A stretch of 64,000 bases of DNA from Camelus ferus (lineage: Eukaryota): contig NC_045696.1 in the NCBI RefSeq assembly GCF_009834535.1, positions 99,388,001-99,452,000 of the forward strand, given 5' to 3'. Below are positions 41,173 through 52,015 of this stretch, in pieces. The position numbers and the translations under genes are program-made. Below the pieces are notes generated by a model, which did no database searches, was not told the DNA's origin, and saw only the letters and a program-made list of their open reading frames with translations. Each line of letters starts with the position of its first letter. Position 1 is the stretch's first letter.

Positions 41173-42064
41173 CTTGTGAGAATATTTCATATTCATGATA
41201 CAGGAAACCAAAAAGTTACCCAAAATTGCATGTGATTTGGTTTCTTGACTAAAATTTACTTTTTTTCTCTCAGTGCCATGTACTGAATTGTATATTCTAG
41301 TCAGTCTTCTGCCTGGGTATGCCTTAATTTGTGATCTTCTGCCTTGGGATCATTCATTAGAATTTTATCATAATTATGCTTGTGAGGTTCCCCTTTTTAT
41401 CATACTCGTTAGCAGCATGTAGCTACCTCATTTTATTGAATTAAATTAATTTTGTTATGTATTATTTTTGATAGAAAAATACTTTATGTCAAATATGCCT
41501 ACAACCTAGAAAAAGCAAATGGTTCAAGATCCTACTTAACTCTAATTATAATATTTTACTTTTAGGGAATGGGAACATACTTCAGTTACTAATAAATTAA
41601 TGTTAATTTATTGAGCAACATTTATGGGAAGTAGGCTGGGGCAATATGAATTAATAAATATACATCAAATTCCACTGCCCCAATGCCGAAATTTGTCAAG
41701 TGAAGGAACGAGGACCTTTCTGCTGAGCTGTCATGACTGTGCTATTCATAAAGAGTTAGGGTACAGTCCAGGGACAGAACAACAAACAGAATCATCTATG
41801 TAGGGGTCACATAGGTATCAGGGCTGCAGGGAGCAGAGCAATCAGTAGCAAGAGAGGCCATGGCCAGGACGGGGAGGCGGAAGCCATAGGTCAAAGCTAG
41901 AGTGGAAGAAGGAATTGGGCTCAGAAAGAAGACTTCTTCACCTGATAGTACTTTCTGGCTTCTTCTTTTCCAATCTAGTTGTGTTGCAGTTGATTCTGAG
42001 GTCGCAGACATCTTTCAAAGGCATGTTTCAAGTTTTCTTTACTATTTAAAAAATTCATTCCAAG

Positions 42065-42463
42065 GCACTAAACCAAAAGTTTCTAAAGAAATGGGACTAA
42101 TGGGATATATAGAGAGACCCATAGAGAGGTTTACTTTAAGGAACTAGCTTACACAGTTGTAGAAGACTGGTAAGTCCAAAATTTGACATGTCACGATGGT
42201 GGACTGGAAATGTCGGGAAATGTCCAAAGAGAGTCCAGTGGCAGAATTTCTTCTCTGAGTGGTCTTTTTATTCTATGAACGTCCCAACTGGTAGAATGAT
42301 GCCCACCGTGTTATGGAGGGTAGTCTGCTTTACACAACATCTGCCGATTTAAATGGTATGCTTATCCAAGAAAACACCTTCACAGAAACATCCAGACTAG
42401 TGGTTGACCACATGGCAAGGCACCAAGGCTCAGCCAACGTGATGTGTAAAGTGAACCATCACA
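42065..42463 (-). mobile_element. ERVL solo LTR (MLT2-like)
   Basis: tttactttaaggaactagcttacacagttg...aacaccttcacagaaacatccaga...aaccatcaca, characteristic of the MLT2 reverse strand. Confidence 0.8.
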
Positions 42464-43564
42464 CAAAGCTTTCAGCTCAGCTTCACCCCTTTCATGAGGC
42501 GCCCGTGTGTAGAGAGAGCAGCACAACCATCCACAGTGGGCTGGTTTTGGATAGCACTCTTCCAGGCCTGTGGAGACCACAGTCAGCTCATTTTGTGACT
42601 AGTAGACTATCAGGTGGCCAGGATGCTCTGCAACTGGCCATGACCAGCTGCCCCTTCTGGACTTTGATAAACGCGACTAACTCGCACAAGGAGAAGAGAT
42701 GATGGATGGTTGGTCACAGGATACTTATAATGCTGGATTTTTAATTCTGGTTCTGCCACTGTCTTGTCATGGGGTGTTGGGTAAATCACTTTACTTTTCC
42801 GAGTCTTGAGTTTTCTTCTTTGAAAAACCACAGGTTTATAATTTGAAACCTAGTCCTATCTTGGACATGATCAAAACACATAATCGATTTTGGTCCTTGA
42901 CTAATGTCGCCAATGATGAGGAAATGACTCTTTTGTTGAAATTAGAGATAGGCAAAATCTGTTTTCTCACCTTACTTCTAAACCATTTGATGAACTTCTT
43001 TATTTAAAGGAGAACTTACACAATGGAACAATCACCAATTAATGTGAAAAACTTGGGAGAAAAATTAATCTTCAGGTGTAGAAGTAATTTAATAAAGTAA
43101 TTTTATCCACTGTTTAAAAAAAAAAACTATTGAGGAAGGTTCATCTTCTGCCTGTGACAGAAGATGCAATATTCCTCCCTCTTTCCCTAGTTAGATCAGT
43201 ATCAATGAAGCTTTAAGAGTTAGTTCCACAAATTCAAAGGAGCAATGAAATAATACTTTAAATTTTTAATATGCAGTCTATTTGAAGTCACTTCAGAATA
43301 TCAATAGTAATCAGGAAGAGAGATGTTAACCTACTTTCTCCTTATCTGTACTTCTCTTTTTGGACACCTTCTTGCCTACTGGGACTCTCCTTGGACTATT
43401 GGCTGGATCCTACTACATTTCCTTCTCAAGTTGCTTAAAATGTTTCAAAGGAAATAATTCATACTCCTGATATTCAGATTAGATAAACAAGATGAGTATA
43501 CTCTTTCATGCAACTTCAGCTCACCAGACTATGCTATAACCTGTGATTCACAATGTAAACAATT

Positions 43565-45976
43565 TTTATTTATTTTTATTTTTTTAACATTTTTTATTGA
43601 TTTATAATCATTTTACAATGTTGTGTCAAATTCCAGTGTTCAGCACAATTTTTCAGTTATTCATGGACATATACACACTCATTGTCACATTTTTTTCTCT
43701 GTGAGTTATCATAACATTTTGTGTATATTTCCCTGTGCTATACAATGTAATCTTGTTTATCTATTCTACAATTTTGAAATCCCAGTCTATCCCTTCCCAC
43801 CCTCCACCCCCCTGGCAACCACAAGTCTGTATTCTCTGTCTGTGAGTCTATTTCTGTCCTGTATTTACGCTTTGTTTTTGTTTGTTTGTTTGTTTTTGTT
43901 TTTGTTTTTTAGATTCCACATATGAGCGATCTCATATGGTATTTTTCTTTCTCTTTCTGGCTTACTTCACTTAGAATGACATTCTCCAGGAGCATCCATG
44001 TTGCTGCAAATGGCATTATGTTGTCGGTTTTTATGGCTGAGTAGTATTCCATTGTATAAATATACCACTCTTCTTTATCCAGTCACCTGTTGATAGACAT
44101 TTAGGCTGCTTCCATGTTTTGGCTATTGTAAATAGTGCTGCTATGAACATTGGGGTGCAGGTGTCATCCTGAAGTAGATTTCCTTCTGGATACAAGCCCA
44201 GGAGTGGGATTCCTGGGTCATATGGTAAGTCTATTCCTAGTCTTTTGAGGAATCTCCACACTGTTTTCCATAGTGGCTGCACCAAACTGCATTCCCACCA
44301 GCAGTGTAGGAGGGTTCCCCTTTCTCCACAGCCTCTCCAGCATTTGTCATTTGTGGATTTTTGAATGATGGCCATTCTGATTGGTGTGAGGTGATACCTC
44401 ATTTTAGTTTTGATTTGCATTTCTCTGATAATTAGTGATATTGAGCATTTTTTCATGTGCTTTTTGATCATTTGTATGTCTTCCTTGGAGAATTGCTTGT
44501 TTAGGTCTTCTGCCCATTTTTGGATTGGGTTGTTTATTTTTTTCTTATTGAGTCGTATGAGCTGCTTATATATTCTGAAGATCAAGCCTTTGTCGGTTTC
44601 ACTTGCAAAAATTTTCTCCCATTCCATAGGTTTTCTTCTTGTTTTACTTCTGGTTTCCTTTGCTGTGCAGAAGCTTGTAAGTTTCACTAGGTCCCATTTG
44701 TTTATTCTTGCTTTTATTTCTTCTAGGAGAAAATTTTTGAGATGTATGTCAGATAATGTTTTGCCTATGTTTTCCTCTAGGAGGTTTATTGTATCTTGTC
44801 TTATGTTTAAGTCTTTAATCCATTTTGAGTTGATTTTTGTATATGGTGTAAGGGAGTGTTCTAGCTTCATTGTTTTACATGCTGCTGTCCAGTTTTCCCA
44901 ACACCATTTGCTGAAGAGACTGTCTTTATTCCAATGTATATTCTTGCCGCCTTTGTCGAACATGAGTTGACCAAAAGTTTGTGGGTTCATTTCTGGGCTC
45001 TCTATTCTGTTCCATTGGTCTATATGTCTGTTTTGGTACCAATACCATGCTGTCTTGATGACTGTAGCTCTATAGTATTGTCTGAAGTCTGGGAGAGTTA
45101 TTCCTCCAGCCTCTTTCTTTCTCTTCAGTAATGCTTTGGCAATTCTAGGTCTTTGATGGTTCCATATGAATTTTATTATGATTTTTTCTAGTTCTGTGAA
45201 ATATATCCTGGGTAATTGGATAGGGATTGCATTAAATCTGTAGATTGCCTTGGGCAGTGTGACCATTTTAACAATATTGATTCTTCCAATCCAAGAGCAT
45301 GGAATATCTTTCCATTTTTTAAAGTCTTCTTTAATTTCCTTCATCAATGGTTTATAGTTTTCTGTGTATAATTCTTTCACCTCCTTGGTTAGATTTATTC
45401 CCAGATATTTTATTACCTTGGGTGCTATTTTAAAGGGGATTGTTTCTTTACTTTCTTCTTCTGTTGATTTATCGTTAGTGTAAAGAAATGCAACTGATTT
45501 TTGAACGTTAATTTTGTAACCTGCTACCTTGCTGAATTCTTCAATCAGCTCTAGTAGCTTTTGTGTGGACCTTTTAGGGTTTTCTATATATAGTAACATG
45601 TCATCAGCATATAATGACACTTTTACCTCTTCTTTTCCAATTTGGATCCCTTTTATTTCTTTCTCTTGCCTGACTGCTGTGGCTAGGACTTCCAGGACTA
45701 TGTTGAATAGGAGTGGTGATAGTGGGCATCCTTGTCTTGTCCCAGATTTTAGTGGGAAGCTTTTGAGTTTTTCACCGTTGAGTACTATACTGGCTGTAGG
45801 TTTGTCATATATAGCTTTTATTATGTTGAGATATGTTCCCTCTATACCCACTTTGGCGAGAGTTTTTATCATAAATGGGTGTTGAATTTTATCAAATGCT
45901 TTTTCTGCATCGATTGAGATGATCATGTGGTTTTTGTCCTTTCTCTTGTTGATGTGATGTATTACACTGATTGATG
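43565..45976 (-). mobile_element. Young 5'-truncated LINE-1 (~2.4 kb)
   Basis: Perfect 14-bp TSD caatgtaaacaatt (43551-43564 / 45977-45990), A-rich tail with aataaa, and an uninterrupted 631-codon ORF2 segment. Confidence 0.98.
44031..45926 (-). pseudogene. Partial L1 ORF2p (RT domain C-terminal part plus Cys-rich C-terminus); no endonuclease, no promoter
   Basis: [27 protein letters not shown], catalytic YADD, KYLGI and the CWRGC...HCWWEC knuckle. The last ~12 residues are out of frame. Confidence 0.95.
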
Positions 45977-48900
45977 CAATGTAAACAATTATGTGGAAAA
46001 TATTTGGAGCTTTAAAGCTTTGTCAGGTGTTTCAAATAACTTTGTAATACATTTGTACTAGAATTTCAGGAAGATTATGTCCAAAAGAACTCTATAAAGT
46101 AAGACAGTTAAGGGGGTTTATTTTTTGTTTTGTTTTTTTTACAAAATATGGAAATGTTAACACCCCAAGGGGTGCTGTACCTTTTAGCACTGGAGCTGGG
46201 AGTCTGATGAGCTGATTTATAGGGTTGCCACTGCTTAGAGCACTTTCGGAACTCCATTCGTGGAAGTGACTTGAGAGCTAGTTTATGAACCACACAAGGA
46301 AATTAGTTTTATTACTTTATTGTCACACCTCATATATTTCCATTCTCACGTTCCTCACAGTTGGGCATCTTCCCCATTTCAGTCAGATTTTGCATTTTCC
46401 CCATTTCATACTGTCCTGCAACTGCATCTCCCAAAGAATGAATGTTTGCTTTGGATATATTCATAGCGCTATGCAAGTGGATAAAATACAGTGCAAACTC
46501 AAATAGAAAATACAGTACATTACCTGGCCGAATACTCTATTATACAAAATAGCCTTTCTAATTGAGGAGGATAGAAAATGTCATTTTTCAAAGTTTAAAA
46601 TCCGCAGAAGAATTTATATGTTAACATAGTTTTAACCTGTTGGCTTGGATGTCTGCTTTTGAGAAAATCTAATTTTCTTTAAAACACTAACCAAAAAAAG
46701 ACTCAAAATGTATTGATGATTCAAAGCATCTTAGGAAAGTGTAGCTTTGAATACAAGCATCATTGTTAAAATGTAGAAATAAAATATTTTAATTGCACGA
46801 TTGAGGAAATGGGGTTTGTTTGCAAAAAATGTGAGATAATCCAGAGTAATACAAGTTTTATTTTAACTTTGATTTTCCCAGTGTCTTTTTTCAAAAATCT
46901 CTTAGTAGCTTTCCAAAGAACAAAAATCATCAGGAGAGGGAGACGCCAACTGTTTTAGTTTACACATATCCAGGCTGTGTATTTCCCTGTCTTGGGTTCA
47001 CTGAGGCAATATCACAGCATGGCCTCTGGATAAAACAAGCAAAAGATAACACAGAATACACCAAACTAGAGTAGGTCAATTAAAACAACTTATTAACAAG
47101 CAATTAAAGCTCAGTAGCTTTTCTTTGTGTGAGTTTGTGCACAGTATTCAGTGGAGAGTTTAGCACATTGGGCCTATTTTTTTCCCAGGTGTCATTTACT
47201 GGAAATGCCTGAGGAACCTTGGAGAAGCAGCAGAAGCAACCAAACAAATTATTGTAAATTTGCCTTGTGTTATGAATGAATGGATTTTCTTGTTGAAATG
47301 AGTCCTTATTCGATATTTAGTTAAAGGAAAAAAAGATCTTGGTATCAGTGTACCAAACCACAAAGCAATGACTCTGAAAATGGCCCATCAAAGGCAAGAC
47401 CCACTGTGGAAGTGAACAAAGGCTGAAGCCTTGTTAATAATGGGCCAATTCTATGGTTAACCCCGGGTGGGTAAACTGCTGTCTGGAAGTAGACTGTTCA
47501 CTCATGTGAAGTGAATTAACACTTGCTGGGCACCAGGGTACCATTAGGTGCATTGAAACAACTGATTTACTATGGGCATCCTGGTGCCCTTACACACCCG
47601 GCATCTCCATAGGATCAGGCATAATGAAATTATATGGTGCCAAGAAGCCAGATCTTACAAATTTTAGGCAATAGCTCAGTGAAGTGGTAGAGACTCATGG
47701 TAGTTAAATCAGCTGGGGTGCTCCTCTAGCCATAACAAATTTCATCTTCCAAAGAAATTGGAGCAAGCAAATTATTCCTGAAGACAAATCACCCAAACCT
47801 TTCTCGTATATGTCAGTATGTGATTTCTTATTCACTGGTTGGGAGTGGGTGGGGGTAGAAAAACTAAAGATTTCCTTCATTCCTTCAAGCAAAGAATCAG
47901 GGAGGAAGCTTACACCTAATAAAGACAATCCTTATGCATTTTGTTTTTCATCTTAGTTTACCTACCTCAAAAAAAATCATTAATAGCTAAGAGAAAAAGG
48001 AAGCAACAAATCTTCATACAAATAGAGGGTCATAGTCTTAAATCATGTCACTCTGCCCACCTATAATTTAAGCAAAATGTGTTCTAACAGAGCTGATTGT
48101 ACTGGAAAATAAATTATTTAGAATAGAGATGTACAATTTTTTTTTTTGGTAGAAAGAGTCATGTGGAAATAGATTAAATTCATTATGAAAGAAGGGCTTC
48201 TTCAATTGGTAGTATGGACTAGTTTGAAAATATTGGTACCTTTTGTCATTTTTATTCTTTTTTAAACTGGAGTTTAAAACTTACTCAGCTATTAATTCCA
48301 AACACTTTGTGCAATATTATAACTAACTGGGAGTGAACAAATTTTCATTTGGAATCTTGCTTATAAAGGTTGGATATATTTGAATTTTGGAATTGACTAC
48401 AAAGAAACACACAAACACATGTAATTATATCTATCAATTAGGTGGCCCAAAAAAGTAGGAATGTTCTGTTGAATTTGGGCAAATTATACTACTATTATTT
48501 TGCCTTCCAATCTGAGAGACCTTTGTCCACCTAATTCCATGGTTTTATAGATGAATTTTTATGATTATGGAGATTATACTTCAAACTAAAGCAGTATCCA
48601 AATTTGTCTCATCATTAAATGATTCCCCTTTGAACAAGGAAAACATTCATTTATTCTGCTTACCCTTGAAATACTGTAGAAGCCAAACTGTTATAAAATT
48701 ATGTTGGCTGAAATACAAAATGAACACGTTGGGTTCTTTAAAGCTGGGGCATGTTAGGAGTAATCATCCTGATTTTCTGCTAAACAGTAGTCATGCTAAT
48801 TTCTGCCATCAACAAATTTGATTAAATTCAAAGAGGGTAAACATTTTTTTCCCCTAACTTGCAACATTCTTAATGTTTAGAAACAGAAAATCTGTCAACC

Positions 48901-49524
48901 AGAAATGGGCTTTCCTAATATGAAAGTGAAAATGTATTTTTTGAAAACCCAAAATGAAACAATCTATTTTCTCACATTTTCTTTTACTTCTAGGCAAAGA
49001 GAGTGTGATGTTGATCGTGTGTTTTTTACTTTGCTTTTTTTTTTTTTCCCTGCCATTCAGATAAGATGGCTATTCTACTTACCCCCAGGGGTAATTTGAT
49101 TCCTCTCATCCAAATCATTTTAGAATCTAAGACCAGTGCCAAAACATCTGGTCTGGAAAGTTAAAAAAAAAAAAAAAAAAAAAAAGGCGGTTTAGATGCC
49201 TGTCAAATCTGAATAAATTAACCAAATATTTGATTTTATTTTTGAAAATTAAATTGATTAGTTACTTTTACAGCCTCTCACGCTGACGTTTTTCCTTTTT
49301 GAATTCTCAAACCCCAAAATATGTATTATGCAATTAATGTTTGTTGAAGACGTGTATCTGGAATGTCCCCAGCATGGTCTGATGTTCAGTAAGATGTTGC
49401 TGTGAGAGGCTTACTGAGGTGCTCTTGGAGACTGAATGTGGAAGACAGAGTTTCTGAAACTAAGCTATTTGGGATTCCTGGAATCTCGCTATCACCCTGC
49501 AATAGATAAAGAGAAGAAATCTAC

Positions 49525-49742
49525 AAACTTGGGGTTGCCAAGGGGACGAGGGTGGGAAGGGACTGGGATTTCAAAATGTAGAATAGATAAACAGGATTGT
49601 ACTTTGCAGCACAGGTGGCTCACAGCGAAAGAGAATGTGACAATGAATGTATGTTCATGTATAACTGAAAAATTGTGCTCTATGCTGGAATTTGACACAC
49701 CATTGTAAAATGACTATAACTCAATAAAAAAAATGTTTAAAA
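49525..49742 (+). mobile_element. Short L1 3' UTR insertion related to the young L1
   Basis: Reverse-complement homologue of about 43590-43830. aataaa plus A tail, TSD aaatctac (49517-49524 / 49743-49750), small internal deletion after gcacagg. Confidence 0.9.
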
Positions 49743-51554
49743 AAATCTACCTGTGAAACGTTTTCAAATGATGCCCATAGGTAATCTAGCTTTTTATATT
49801 TACCGGTGACACTGTAATAAATGTAGACTTCCATTGTTGACATTTATCAAAATGCAAAAGGGCCAGAACTTGGAGTTACAACTGGGGAAAAGATAACAGA
49901 GATTATATTTTAAGATTCACCTAGGAAAATTAATATTGAGGTATTTTTCTAGTTATGTTTTAAAAAATAGTAGTTTATCATTTCAGAATCAATGCCAAAA
50001 CAGACGCCACTGTCTCATAAAATAAACATGCAGGGAAAGGGTAACACGTGCATTAGCCACAAACTGAGTCTGTAGCCAATACAGTATGATGAGAAGGAAT
50101 TCTCAGTATGGTGTGATGTGCGATCGAAGCCATTAGCCATATGGTGCGGAGTGAAGAGGGCCTCTGCGACGGAATAACGGTTGTATGTTATATGGTTTAT
50201 TAAATAATTATGCAATGGCAAGCAATGCTTTTATAATTATTGGCTGTTTTAAAATATTTTTGTTAATCTAGCTGCGTTTACCAGGTTGAAAGATGCGTGT
50301 TCCATCACGTCTCCATGCTTCCTATCTGCTTTGTGTAGCGAACAGAAACCGGCTGCCATATTGAAGATTTAGGGCACATTTCTTGTATCATACTGTGTAT
50401 CATCAAGGTATGCCACAGGGCATTTAGAAATATAGGGGCACATTCCTTTTAGAGTTGCCTTCCCACCTGCCACCTGTCAGGGTAGATACACTGTATGTGG
50501 GACAGAGAATGTGCTATTTTTATGTAATTTCCATGGAACGAGACAGGGAAGCATTAAGACATCCAAATGAAAAGCGAAAGATTCAATAAAATATCGATAT
50601 TTTGCTATGGGACGCTGTGCCAGTGCCAGTTTGGAGACTAGCTTTTTTAGATGGTAGACATTACTCTGATTCATTTCTATCTGTAATAATTTTCCCTCTA
50701 AGTCAATTGGTATTGCATTCATTTGTTTACCTCCAACCTATATGGCTTTGTCAGGCGACCTACACTTTATTAACCATTCCGACTACCCTGGCCTACCCTC
50801 CATAGTTACTTAGATACAGTATGCTGGTTCTGCAAGGCGGGATCACCAGAGGACGGGCGGCGTTATCATGGTTAAAGCAGTGAAAAGGCTGGGACTGTGC
50901 TATGCCCACCATGGGACCGCAGGGCAGCTGCATCTGCTGTGGAGAGAAGTGTCGTAGCTCAGAGAAATGCACTGGAGCAACAGCATACTTTTGCTGGCAT
51001 AAGCCTGCTCTCAGCTAAAGGAATTACAGTGTCTTTAAAATGTGAGGGTATGTTTTCATGCACAATTATTTTAAAGACGTCTTTGAATTTTGAAAATTTA
51101 GTTTAGAGTTCGTACTCATGGTTGGGTAAAAACACTGAAAAGTAAAGCCAATCCAGGTACAATATTGACATCGCATTTACTACCCGTGATCTTCCTGCAA
51201 AGTTATGCCGATGTATCTTTCTTTGGCTCTGTACTTAAAGGCTGAAATAGTGTTATTATATTTCGAATATCACTTTTATAAAAACACTCATTTTTTGATA
51301 CATAAGCACTGTGTATACTTCCTTACGCTAAGGCATCCATCATATTCAAAGAAGAAAAATAAAAGGAAATTAAGAATAATCATCAGGGCTGTTTTTCAGC
51401 ATTTCAGTCTCCTGTCAAATGCACAGGAAGATTCCATATCCTCACAGTCTTGATGTTCTTTGTGGCCATGAGCCTCTCTGTCCAATGAAACTTGGGGCAG
51501 AAGTCTTTACCAACCAACATGCAATTCACACGGCATCTTCCCACTAACAGGGTG

Positions 51555-51735
51555 ACCAGGGACCACCAGATGGAAGAAGCCTCTTCAACCTCAGTCCCTG
51601 AGTGAGGACAACATGAAACAGAGGCTCTGAGAACATTCTAGCCCTTATTGGACATGCAGCACAAGTGAGGAATAAATCCATGCTGCTTCAAGCCACTGAG
51701 ATTCTTCAGGTTAGTTGTTTTTTGCTACTGACTCA
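51555..51735 (+). mobile_element. MLT1-type LTR 3' fragment
   Basis: gtccctgagtgagga...tggacatgcagcacaagtgaggaataaa...aagccactgagatt. Confidence 0.65.
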
Positions 51736-51789
51736 CAAAAACAGATCGTAATACCTGTGACTTCATAGATATTGGTACTTAGGACAAGG

Positions 51790-52015
51790 TTAATATTGTC
51801 CTACTCTTAATCTATTAATTAAGTAATTACTTAAAGAATTGTTTAATTACTATCTTAAAATAATATTTTAATAGTTTAATAATTCAGTTAATATTTAATA
51901 AAATGCCAACATTAATATTTAAATTTAATAATTAAATTAATGTTTTAATTGAATAATAGTTTTACAATTAATTCTATAGTTTAAAAGTTAATCTTTTAAT
52001 AATCAATGATATTTT
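51790..52015. repeat. AT-rich low-complexity tract
   Basis: Almost exclusively A/T with many ttaa/taat runs. Confidence 0.85.

Noticed and set aside
42313..42702. 129-aa ORF
   Set aside because: Starts within the MLT2 LTR, with no recognisable protein similarity.
44410..45885. Plus-strand ORFs of 186, 65 and 118 aa (also 2150-2557, 32511-32840, 37605-38051)
   Set aside because: These are antisense shadow frames of L1 ORF2/3' UTR. The hydrophobic composition comes from the T-rich strand.
46204..46260. CTGATGAG as a hammerhead ribozyme core
   Set aside because: No stem II followed by GAAA. The other CTGATGA occurrences I checked on both strands also fail.
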